DNA of 64,000 nucleotides from Amphiscolops sp. MND2022 (taxonomy: Eukaryota), in NCBI GenBank assembly GCA_964187785.1, contig OZ076409.1:24864001-24928000 (forward strand), given 5' to 3'. The stretch's first letter is position 1, and each line of letters begins with the position of its first letter. Made by a program: the position numbers and the translations under genes. Positions 37,508-48,370 of the stretch are shown here, in pieces. The notes beneath the pieces are model-generated. The model was given only the letters and a program-made list of their open reading frames with translations. It was not told the DNA's origin and searched no databases.

Positions 37508-40500
37508 ATGGATTCATATTCAGGAAGTGAACCGCGTTTATTCATCTCATTCCGTTTAGGTGATGAATCTAATGGCCAACCTCCCCAATTGGTCACTGAA
37601 GAAGAAAAAATGGATACAACTGATTCCTTTGTAACTGCCTCCTCCACTGTCAATAATTTCCCCACCGTAAAGTCTATGGCTCACGGCCAGAATAACAATG
37701 ACGACAAGTTAGATGATCCTGAGAGAGTAGTGGAAGACGACCGCAGTCCGGTGAGTGAAGGAGCAACTACAAGTTTGGGGAATATCACTGTGACACCTCA
37801 AGATTCCCCCATCACTATTTCCAACACAGAGGCCACTCCTCCTGCTATTACAGCAACTGGGAACGTTGAGAGTAGTAGCACTGATGAGAGTTGTGGGGCT
37901 TACATCGCTCGAAAATGGGAACAATTGGGCTGTTCGCAAGAAACTGGTACATCGAGTCAGAACGACTGGAGCGGCAAGAAGTTTAGCGAGAGTACCATGA
38001 TGGAGCTGATGCCTGGTCAGTATTCCCCTACCCGGGACGAATTGGAGTTGGACGAAGCGCCAGAGGTTGCGTTCCTGGACTCTCCCAAAGTACTATTGAA
38101 AAGCAGTCTCAAGTCTCGATATGGGCCTTCCGAAGCAAAAGTTCAAAGACTGAGTGTGAAGTTGAGTGCTCCAAGGACTGATTTGTCTGGTGCCGCTGCC
38201 GGGACGGGAGGTCTCTCAAGTTCTGAAGCTGGATCTGAGTTCGCTGGGGAATTTGAAGCCCCCAGATTTGCAGAACCAACAACGAACAGGGAATCCGATA
38301 AAGCAACCAGTGACGCCGGGTTAGAGTCTGAAGGATTAGTCGGGTCCACAGTGGCTGATGTCCTGTTCGCACCTGCCCAAGCTAACGTATTTAGAGTGAG
38401 TGATGTAGCCAGCAACACGTCAGTAGATTTCCCTGAATCAGCACCTCGAGTCCCTCAACTGTCAGCTAGTGGCCGCGCTTTGATAAAGGAGTATTTTGAC
38501 GAGGCCAACCCCATCAGATTGTCTCCTGGGCATCCTACCCTTGCATTGAATGAGGGCCAGGTGAGTAGCTTGTTAAAAGTTGTAGCAGATGAAGCAGTTA
38601 AATCGTCGCTGAAGGCTATGGAAAACTTGGTACAACAAGCAAGCAGATTGAGTCTTGTAGCCCAGCGGTCACCGACAGCCGTCATTCCGAGGTCGAAGAA
38701 AACAAGTTCCCAGACCAGTTATGCTGGGTCACAATCTGGTTTGTCATCAGGGCATACAAGCGATACCAGTGGGGGAATCAGAAGTGACGATGATTTCGCC
38801 AGTATTGGATATGTTTACGAGCATTCCGACCTGGAGAGTCAGCATTTTACTCCTCCCCCAACCGGTCCCTCAGGAAGCCGTCAAATTGACCTTGTGTCAC
38901 CTGTAGTTTCAACCCAGCCTGATAGCCCCGGAGGACAAACCTTGGCTGCTCTCAAAGCGGAGGCGGTATCGGAAAAGACTAAGTCAGGAACACGCCGAAG
39001 ACAAAGCAAGAAGCCTACTCGTCCCAAAGGAGAGAGCAGACATCGGGTGCCTCGTGCCTGTAAAATCATGAAAGAGGCGTATTTTAAAGGAATGGAGTGG
39101 ACGAAGACGTTTGTAAGCGGACCAGTTGATCCTCGCTGGAATCCGTACAAATTTTATTGCCAAATCTGTAAAGGCAATATATCAATTTATGGACGCGGCG
39201 CTCGAGAGATCCTTCGTCACCACTCCACTGAACGTCATCTTCGTAAGGATCAAAGGTGGCGATACGAGCATCTTGCCATAGAAGACCCCGTGAGTGGAAG
39301 GGTAAAACACCATGTCAGAGGAAAGGACGGACGACTTCTCACCCCCTATGAGCTTCAATTAGAATTGCCCAAGTTCATTGGGGTGGAACTCGTGGACATC
39401 GGAGAGAAACTTCCTTTCTACGACGAATACGCTCAAGGAGTTGACTACATGGCTTCTTCATCCGACAACCGTGTTCGAGTCCAGATGTCAGTTCTGGGTA
39501 ACTACTTGCGAAGCTACGGCGATATCAGCACCCTGAGGAACCTCTGGCGGGATGTTGGGGTCGTTGTGAACCATCAGTCGCTCTTCACTGACTTTGACTG
39601 GAGTAAAGAACGGCTATCAGTAAGTATTTTCCTGCCGTTAAATCGACTTAAGGTCTTCCCCAGCCCAGTAATCGTTACCTTTGACCTTCATTAAATATGA
39701 TGTTTTCATTCTAGGCTCTCTTCCACCACCTGTTCTTACAAACTATTCATGACATTGGAGACCATGTAGTTGCAGCGGGCGAGTATTCTCTGGAATTTAT
39801 CAAGCAAGGAGTCTTCCTGTTAGTGTTCATTCGTTTCTGGAGAAAGGACGAACTCTGCCGAGTTTTCCTGAAGCGAACCGGCCGTGTCCTGGGACAGTCG
39901 GCAGCCGAATTAAGCCTCATAAGTGACGTTTTGGCAGTTTTCTCACCCGGCCCCAACATTGTCAGTTGCTCCGGTTGCAGCCTGGAAACGATTCAGAAGG
40001 TAGATAGTTCTCCTTACAGTAAGCATGGACTCCAACACCCTCTCAGATTTGAGGACTTTTCAATCGCGCGGCTAATGCATAAAGAAAGCTATAGCGTCTT
40101 TGGACGTATCGACTTCCACTCCGTTCTCAAGTATCTTATCATCTTCTTGGGGGGAAGCCTCGACTGCGATTGGACCTTGATGACGCCAGTGTTGGCAAAG
40201 GTTAGACTCTCTCATTTTAGGCTTTTAGTCCACGGCTATTTCGAAGGTACTAATAAACTTGTTGTGCTCAGGCTGTTCGTACTTGCCAAATTGAACTCGC
40301 CACTCTCCCAACACTGTGTCAGGAGCTGCTTGCTAACTGGACAGATGTGACCAAATTCCTGAATGAACATGCACCTCCGCATGAAATGATGGGAGTGAGA
40401 AAACAAGTAAGTCTCTGCCGTCCCGTTGACCTTCAGTCTAATTTCAGTTGTTTCAATTTTCCTTTTGTTGTTCTAGCCTCAGAACCTAGAGCGAGCCATG

Positions 40501-41760
40501 ATCCATGATGAGTTGTTTCTGTGCCGACTTGAGCTCTTCTATCGCTTGGTCAGGGATTGTAAGTATAGTCCACCCGTGGTACGTATCATTTCTTGAGCTT
40601 TCGACAATCATAGCGAACGCAAATGTTTAGATACCACGAGCTTTGTGCCACATCTGACTGAACGACGGGATCATGGATTCCATATCTACAGGCAGTTATG
40701 CCAGTACCTCTTCAAGCTAGGAAGGCGCTGCATCAAGCCGAAAAGTCTGCCACAGGAAACAGATCTGTCAGGGATTTTGGGTATTGCTATGTCGGATGCC
40801 AAAGCCTTAGCCATTCCCGATTTCATCGCCCGATCGAAGCTCGACCAACGACTGAACGTGGCTTGCAAGGTCAAGGCAGAAAAGGAATTGAGCGACAAGA
40901 AGGGCAATCGGGCTAATCTTCCGAAACTCGTGAAGGAGAACAAAGAAGAGTTTGGGCGACTTGGGAGGAGCTACGTTGCCTACCTTTTCCATGCTGCCCA
41001 AAACAACTTACAACTGACCTCCACCATTGTGAAAGGATTGGGCTCCTTTGATCTGGACATTATGTATCGTTCTCCCCTTAGCCAGGCGCTGAATTGTTTC
41101 AAGCATCTTTTCTGCAGCTTTCATCTTCGCGGTTACTTTCAAGCCGACGCGGAGTCCATCTATACAGAGGAATATTTATCATTCCTTGACGAGATCCGCA
41201 AAGAGATGCCTGATTTGAGCCAACCAAGGGTCATAATCCAGGATGCAGTGACTCACATTTCCAATCATGTTGCCTTAGAGTCACGACCCCATCTTGCTCG
41301 GATCTTTAAGCTGAGCTGTTTATGTTTGGATGAGAGTTATGTTAGTATGCCTACCGTGAAGTTTGGTCCAGTGCGGACAGATGACCCCAAAAGTAAACTT
41401 ATTGACACCATTCTGCCTGTTCAATCCTTCTTTATTAACGTGGGGAGGAGTATAGATGCCTTCACTTCAACTTCTTCAATAGCTAAGTTCCTTTCCTTCG
41501 AACCTACGTTCGGGAATACTGCCTTCTCTGATATGTATAGCCCCTGGGACAGCCTCAATCGCTTCGATCGCTCTGAAATTCTTGCTGCTTTACGTCCGGG
41601 CTCGATGAAGAGGAAGACTGAAGGTCGAAAACTGAGGTTTAAGGATTTGAAAAGCAACAGCAGTTCCAAGAGTCTTCCGCCAGCCAGTGCCAAAGGATCG
41701 CCTGTGAGGCGTCAATCAGACAGCGAGTTGCCCTCTAGTTCATCTATTAAAGACACTTAA
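37508..41760 (+). CDS. Antisense spliced gene inside the retrotransposon: ~1314-aa zinc-finger protein, probably hAT-transposase-derived. Exons 37508-39619, 39715-40200, 40272-40406, 40477-40558, 40631-41760
   Basis: Four GT-AG introns (39620-39714, 40201-40271, 40407-40476, 40559-40630; phases 0,0,0,1) join three long ORFs and two short exons into one stop-free frame. It contains a BED/TTF-like finger, FYCQICKGNISIYGRGAREILRHHSTERH, and YSLEFIKQGVFLLVFIRFW resembles hAT core strands lacking the first Asp. A possible alternative first mini-exon 37348-37363 (MDSTSG) splices in frame to 37560. Confidence 0.85.
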
Positions 41761-41978
41761 TTGTACTATATGTACATTTGTTTTTAGTTGTATTTATGTA
41801 TCTTTCATTTGTTGGCAGTTTTGGGTTTGTTTATTTTAGGTCTTTGTTTGTACAGTTGTGTCATTATGATGCCTGTGTTTGATCTGTTATTGTGGACTAC
41901 AAGTCAGTCGAGGCCCATAAAAAGATAATTGTAGAGTCAAAAGGTGTTGAGTCGGGCCAGTGAATTTACATGTTCTAA

Positions 41979-44900
41979 CTAGTATCTGTATTCGTCAGTA
42001 AAGTTGGGGGTAGGATTGGGGCGTAAGTTATATTTCCCTCCCCTAGGACTTTCATTTTCTACAACACAATCATCAGTTTCTTCAATTAATACATCGGGCA
42101 CGATTGTATCGTTCCCCCCAGAAGTTGAAAATTCTGAATTTTCATCCCTAGGTAGGTCCCGATTTGTCAATTCATCGTTTTCGAATTCGGTATTTTGTTG
42201 CCGTCTATCGGACTGACGGTCTTCATTGTGTGCATTTCTTGAGTACTGCTCCGTATTATCAGCCTCAGTATTTGATTGCCGTCGGGCGGACCGAAGGTCC
42301 GCTTCGTTTATTTCGTTTGAGCGTGAGTCACTATCAGTATCATCAGCGCGAGCGGCATCAGTATTTGTTTGCCGTCGCGTGGACCGTAGGTCCAAATCGG
42401 TTATTATAGCATCTTGTTCATCAGAATTGGTAGGGAGTTCATTAGTAACAGTCCGATTTTCAGAGTTAGGAGGGAAATCGTCAAAATTGGTGTCCCATGA
42501 AATGATGTACAGATCATCTTGTGGAATAATAATTTCATCGTCAGCTTGTAAATTTCCTTCGGGACGAATGTCTTGTGGGGTAGTATTTGGAGTGTATTTT
42601 CTAAGGCGTATGCGGTGTAATATCTGCGTTTTGTTAGTACTAAGTTTGCGAACAATATAGTTGTCATTAGGTAAAACTTTTTCTATGACGTACGGTCCGA
42701 TCCAACGAAATTCACGAAAAGGAATTTTAGAGCCTTGATGGTCAGCTAGAGGTTGTAAAATGAAGCAAAAATCTCCTTGTTGTAGAGGAGCTGCTTTAGC
42801 CTTTCGGTCATAATATTCCTTGTACTTTAAATATGATTGCATGATGTTTTTCTTTGTTTGATCAATTAATATTTGCGTGCGTCTTTGAAATTCTTCAGCA
42901 AAATCAGTCGTTGGAGTGATCTTTGGGTTAGGGTTTAATCCTAACCGATGGTCTAAGATATTATAGGGTACTCTTCCGTGAAAAATTCGGGTGGGTTCGC
43001 ATCCAAGACTTGAATGATAGGTCGTGTTATAATTAAGGACGGCCAATGGGAGATATTTGTGCCATTGACGCCTGTATTCGCCTGATGCCATTTTAAGGTT
43101 GCCCTTAAGGCTGGCATGAGTGCGTTCTAGTTTGCCTATCGTCTGAGGATGCTTTGTAGTCGCACACCGAAGGTGAATCCCCAAGATTTTGGTAATTTCT
43201 TCTAGTAGTTTGGACGTAAAGGCAGTGCCTTTGTCGGTGATTAGCGTAGTCGGCAAATAGGAATGTTTTGTCATGATATCAATAATGACCTTTGCCGTAT
43301 TGACGGCCGAAGCGTCCGTTACTGGGTAGGCAAAAAGATATCTCGAAAACACGTCCAGAGCCGTTATGACATTTTCGTATCCTCCACTTGGGGGTAAGTT
43401 GGGCAAAATGTCAATTTGTAAGGCATCTTCTGGGCCAAGATCCCATTCAGGTAAATTGAGTAATTCAGGTGTTATGGATGCATTGTTGATTCTTTTGTCT
43501 TTTATACAAATTTCACATCCTTGGACCCACTTTTTGACAATTTTTGCGATTCCAGGATAGTAATATTTTTGTCGAATTTCGTGCAGCATTTTTGAGATTC
43601 CCGGGTGTTTGTTCGCGGAACCATGTAGTGATTGAAGTAATTCTGTGACTAGATGTTTCGGTAGTAATGCTTGGCGGAATTGGACACTGCCTGTTTCATC
43701 GTAGTAGTCTCTGAAAATGATGTCATCATGTACGGACAGACGGTCAATTTGACGGCAGTAATGTCGGTAGCGCGAATCTTGCTGTAAGATGGTTTCAGAG
43801 TATTCTTCTTTTTGCAGTTTGAGTCGTAATTGATGCAAGATAAGGTCGTTCTGTTGTTCTATAGCCATGGTGGTTGGTTTTGCCAGTTTTTGTATATTTT
43901 GATTTTGGAATTGTGTATTATCATGAGTGCTAAGATGATCTAACAAAATATCAGGAGGTTGATTCGTTGGGTTTGACCTGGCGTCTTGTTTGCGTTTCCA
44001 GATTTGTTCTTCTGTTTCTTCATCATCGTCCGTATAGAAGATCTGTTCCTCTTCAGTAACTCCCGCTGATTGGACGTTGAGTTCGATTGGTGTGGTGGAA
44101 ATATCTTCTCGTATCCGGAGTATAAGTTTTTCTTTGGGACAGATTTCTAGACGTGACAAGTAGTCAGCAGCAGTATTGTTTTTGCCAGGTATATGGGCTA
44201 TTGTGAAACTGAATTGCATAACGTAGTCACACGCGTTCCACAATGTGGGTGGAATGATTTTTGTTTGAAAAAAGCGAGTGACTGACTTGTTGTCTGTTAG
44301 TATTATCACCGGTTTCGGGGTCCCCCAGAAGATATGGCCAAATTCTTTAAATGCAAAGAATATTGCTAAGAATTCTTTGGCATAAATGGACATCTTCAGT
44401 TGGGCTGGACTAAAGGTCTTGGATCCATATGCTACAGGTGCGAAGGCTTTTCGCGTCGAAGTATATTTTTCCATCGGATCGTCCTCGATGAGAACTGCAT
44501 AACCTGCTGCCGAAAAACTAGCGTCTGTCATCAGGGCTATCTGTTTGTCGGGTAGAGGTTGTTTGAGCGCCAGTTCACAACATCGGTCAAGAGCTTTGTT
44601 GATCTCGGTGAATTTTTCTAACAGATCGGGTGTCACCATGACTTTGGCATCACTTTTCAAGAGCTTGAAGAACGGTGTGAGTTTTTCTGAGAGTCTAGGA
44701 ATGTAGTTGCGGTAGTAGTTCAGGAATCCCAAGTATCTTTGAAGAGCTTTCTTGGATTTAGGGAATTTGGTCTTTTCCAAGAAATTCTGGACCCTGGGTC
44801 GTTGTGGCCGCACCCCTTCAGGAGTGATGGTACGTCCCAGGAAGTCGATTTCCTTGGCGCCAAAATGGCATTTGTGCATCGTTAGTTTGAGGCCAGCAGC
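41979..44900 (-). CDS. pol: Pol C-terminal part: RT end, RNase H, integrase (H2C2, DDE core, GPY/F), low-complexity tail
   Basis: KCHFGAKEIDFLG; TDASFSAAG...ELA-like KEFLA...LTDNKS...ADYLSR (RNase H); HGSANKHPG...CEIC; LQIDILP, ITDKGTAF, PQTIGKLERTH; WIGPYVIEK. Confidence 0.95.
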   Translation of the reverse strand, partial: AAGLKLTMHKCHFGAKEIDFLGRTITPEGVRPQRPRVQNFLEKTKFPKSKKALQRYLGFLNYYRNYIPRLSEKLTPFFKLLKSDAKVMVTPDLLEKFTEINKALDRCCELALKQPLPDKQIALMTDASFSAAGYAVLIEDDPMEKYTSTRKAFAPVAYGSKTFSPAQLKMSIYAKEFLAIFFAFKEFGHIFWGTPKPVIILTDNKSVTRFFQTKIIPPTLWNACDYVMQFSFTIAHIPGKNNTAADYLSRLEICPKEKLILRIREDISTTPIELNVQSAGVTEEEQIFYTDDDEETEEQIWKRKQDARSNPTNQPPDILLDHLSTHDNTQFQNQNIQKLAKPTTMAIEQQNDLILHQLRLKLQKEEYSETILQQDSRYRHYCRQIDRLSVHDDIIFRDYYDETGSVQFRQALLPKHLVTELLQSLHGSANKHPGISKMLHEIRQKYYYPGIAKIVKKWVQGCEICIKDKRINNASITPELLNLPEWDLGPEDALQIDILPNLPPSGGYENVITALDVFSRYLFAYPVTDASAVNTAKVIIDIMTKHSYLPTTLITDKGTAFTSKLLEEITKILGIHLRCATTKHPQTIGKLERTHASLKGNLKMASGEYRRQWHKYLPLAVLNYNTTYHSSLGCEPTRIFHGRVPYNILDHRLGLNPNPKITPTTDFAEEFQRRTQILIDQTKKNIMQSYLKYKEYYDRKAKAAPLQQGDFCFILQPLADHQGSKIPFREFRWIGPYVIEKVLPNDNYIVRKLSTNKTQILHRIRLRKYTPNTTPQDIRPEGNLQADDEIIIPQDDLYIISWDTNFDDFPPNSENRTVTNELPTNSDEQDAIITDLDLRSTRRQTNTDAARADDTDSDSRSNEINEADLRSARRQSNTEADNTEQYSRNAHNEDRQSDRRQQNTEFENDELTNRDLPRDENSEFSTSGGNDTIVPDVLIEETDDCVVENESPRGGKYNLRPNPTPNFTDEYRY

Positions 44901-47018
44901 CTGATGCACTGGAACGTTGCTCGAAGGTTGTTGATGAGCTGGGTAGCGTCATTTGCAGCTATCCCAATATCATCTACGTACTGAGCACATTGGTCAGCTT
45001 TTATCACTTTATCCAGGTATTCGCGCATAAAGCTCGAAAATGCGGACAGCGCTCTGCTTAGACCTTGGGCAAGTCGGCGATAGGCAAATGTTCTGCTGGC
45101 AAAATTGAATGCCAGCATCTCGATTGACCTCTGGTCAGCCATCTGAAGGCAGTGGTATGCTTGGGAACAATCAAGTTTGCAAAATAATCGTTTACCTGCC
45201 ATGTGCTGCGCAGCATCCGTTAGTGTGCTGACAGGATGGTTGTTGTTGATGTAATCGTCAGAAATCAGGTTGTTGATCTTTCGGAGGTCAACCAGGAGTC
45301 GAAGTTTGCCGTTAGGTTTTTTCTGGGCAAAGATGGGACTGGCATATTTGGAAAATGGGAGAGTTGTTATAATCCCATATCGATGTAGTAGTGCTAGTTC
45401 TACAAGGATATCTTCTTTGAGGTTGATGGGAGTAGGTAAGCTTTGACTATAGGCAGGGGAATCATCTTTAGGGGTCAAAGTGACCTTGAAGTCTTCGTTC
45501 ATACCTATATCGAAGCGGTGTCGTGCAAAAATATCGTGAAATTCAACAAGTAATTCTTCAATTTGGGCAATTTCGGCTGGATTTAGCGTAGAGTCTGTCC
45601 AGTCAAAGTTAGCAAGAAATTGTTTCCGCGATTCAGGGTCATCCTGAGGGTTGAGTTTCTCTAAATCTTGGAGATTTCGTAGTTCCCTAAGGATTCTTTG
45701 TTGTATGGGTGTGTGAGTTTGAGGATCTCCTGGTTCTTCTGGAGTAGGGAACCAGTAGTTCTCACTATCATCGTTAGTTTTCGGGGATTTGATCAGGCTA
45801 CTGGCATAATAGGCAGCATTTTCCGGGTTATCCTTCGGAAGGTGCCAAGTTGTCACGGGATCAATGGGTTTGACGTATTTCATCTGCTCTGGTGTGAGGA
45901 CAGAGAAATTGGCAATGTGCGAACCTCTTTTGAGGGTGTACGGTTGGTCAGTGAAATTGTTGACATGAATTGATACCTGACCTTGGGTCAGTGTGACTAG
46001 AGCGGCGCAGAAGGTTATATCACCATCATCTGCAAGGTCGTTGCTCGGTTGAAGGATTCCAGTGACGTTTGTGTCGTCATATAGTTGTGAGAACATGGAA
46101 ACCATATGTCTGTCGTTGGGGGGAATAGTTATATCCTCCCGTGCACAGATAGGTTCCATGACATTAGTGTACTTGTGGTCCGCTGTTTTCAATTGCATGG
46201 AGAAGAAAGGGAAGTTTAAAACTCCTTGACGCATGTCCAGTATGGTATTGTTCCGTTGCAGGAACGGGAGACCAATTAACGGACTTGTGAGTTTTTCCAT
46301 GACGATGAAGATCTCATGGAAATCGATGTCCCCGACTTCGAATTTGAGTTCAACAGTGCTCTTTGGAGTCTCCAGCTGTCCATTGGCTACCATAATCTGG
46401 AAGTTGGGTGCCGGGCCCTCTTTAACTATTGACTGAGGGGCTAACAATCGGATTTTACGTAGATCAGCTTCTGGGATAGCGCTAGATAGGGCTCCCGTGT
46501 CTACAAGGCCATCTAAAGTTAGTTCGCCAAAATCCATGGGGAAGTAGAGCATCCGTCGTTTGTATTTGAGTCCCAAGTTGGTCGTCAACGGGACGTAGTC
46601 AGGTTCACCGTTTCGTGAGATCAGCGTATTCACAAAGCGCTCTTCCACTGTTGCCGTCAATGTGACCAAAGGTCCATTGTGTGGAAGTTGTTCGGGTATG
46701 GCCTCCTGGGTTGGTGAATTAGTGTTAATCCACACTTTTTGCCAGGGGTCAACAGAGGCCGTGGATAGTTTTGTGTTCAGAAGCTGATCAATGTGAGGTT
46801 GATCATGTTCGATATCGGCAATTTGTTTGGTGAAATTTTTGTAGAAGTGTAGCTGATGTTGGTTGTAGATTTGAATGTCCCAATAGGGGTCGAATCCGAA
46901 GTCCGGGTCAGGATAATATGGGTTATAGTTATCGATTAGGGGAAGGGGGCGAATGGTCGTAGTATTAGAGTGCTGTCTGTCGGACTGAAGGTCCGGTTTG
47001 TGTAAGTGAGTAGGGCAA
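44882..47018 (-). CDS. pol: Pol N-terminal part: aspartic protease and reverse transcriptase; 1-nt frameshift near 44900
   Basis: LVDTGA protease motif; SPIFAQKKPNGKLRLLVDLRKIN, KLDCSQAYHCL and QYVDD RT motifs. The frame stays open upstream of the tracked ORF start (46735) right to the junction at 47018. Confidence 0.93.
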
Positions 47019-47721
47019 TTTAAAAACCTTTTGGAGAAAGGAAAAAGAGTTTGAAGAAAGTCAAACAGTGGAGGAAAAAATTAAAAGAGGCCTTTGATGT
47101 CATACATGAATTAAAATGTTTTTACAAACTTAATGATAGCTGGAATTGAACGCCGTCCTGCTGCTTAAGAAGCCAACGCAGGTACTACTAGGCCAACTGC
47201 CAAATCCTATATCGGCCACCCTGACAGTTTCCTTCGCAATCTTGTCTGTCTTAATTAAAAGAAGGACTGTAATAGACCGGCGATTTTAGTCTTAATTAAA
47301 AGTGCCCAATAAAAATGATGTAATAGATTTCAATGAAAAATTTGAATCGTTGTTGAACGTCCTTTTTCTCTCCCAACACGTTAAAAGTTTCAACATGATG
47401 AATTGTGCCATAAATACATTTTAAAATTTTTTAAACACTTCAATTTACATCATTCCGATGACTTCCCATAGATTCATACAATCATATACTAATTAATAAC
47501 ATTTTCACGCGAGTAGGGGAATGGTAATAATTCAGTTCAAAATAAGCTCAAAAACCGACTATGTGCTCTTTCTGATATCTCTACCGATTTCAATAAAAAA
47601 CTATTTGACAAAGAAGCAACTAATATTTCTGAAGCCGCTGAACGTAAGTCATCAAAAAAGTAATATTATGAAGTGATTTATGAGAAGTTCTTTCAAAGAA
47701 GACCGATTCGTAAAATGTATT
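47019..47721. repeat. Copy of the element's outer flank 33013-33715, sitting where PBS/gag should be
   Basis: 33013-35265 recurs at 47019-49271 (offset 14006), including the GTATT TSD. Confidence 0.95.
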
Positions 47722-48370
47722 TGTCATAACCTTCTTCATTTTCACTCTGTTCAGAATCTCCTGAACATTCTATTTGATGATTTGGAAGGTTATTTGTTGT
47801 CTTATTTAGTCTATGAAAATTCTCTCTTGAGTCTTGGACCTGCTGGCCAATTCTAATTTTATGCCGTCCATATGACCCTAGGTCCAAAGTCTGGTCCATT
47901 GGGACGTTTCTACTCGGATGCCGTCCATCTGACCGAAGGTCCAATTTTGCGTTTTTACAGTCCCTGTGATTTACTATGACAATTTCGATGCTCGGTAGTA
48001 TTTTTTCATCGATGGCAGAGTTTATTACATCCATGATGTGGGAATTTAGGTCAGATTTCATTTCCTCTAATTTCCTTGACATCTGCGAAGAAATTTCTGA
48101 ACTAATTGCTCTGCTAGTTTCTACTGTAATTTCACTATTCTCACTCAAGTTTGTATTCAAAAGAGACCTATAGTTACTTTCTCCATGACTGAAATCTTGT
48201 TGCCGTCCATTTGACTCAGGGTCTATTTCTACTTGATCTACCGTGTTTTGATCCCTAATTTCGCTATTTGAGTAATTTCCGAGCATCACATCTAGATTTT
48301 CAATATCAGACATTATGTCAGATTGTCTTGAACGTTTCTCTCTTGCTTTCTGCTTTCTAGTTGAAGGCAT
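47693..48370 (-). CDS. Second copy of the LTR-encoded gag-like N-terminus
   Basis: Translation identical to 33687-34364. Confidence 0.6.
   Translation of the reverse strand: MPSTRKQKAREKRSRQSDIMSDIENLDVMLGNYSNSEIRDQNTVDQVEIDPESNGRQQDFSHGESNYRSLLNTNLSENSEITVETSRAISSEISSQMSRKLEEMKSDLNSHIMDVINSAIDEKILPSIEIVIVNHRDCKNAKLDLRSDGRHPSRNVPMDQTLDLGSYGRHKIRIGQQVQDSRENFHRLNKTTNNLPNHQIECSGDSEQSENEEGYDKYILRIGLL

Noticed and set aside
39620..39694. Treating the 728-aa, 175-aa and 371-aa plus-strand ORFs as separate genes
   Set aside because: Their ends run into canonical introns, and splicing merges them into one frame.
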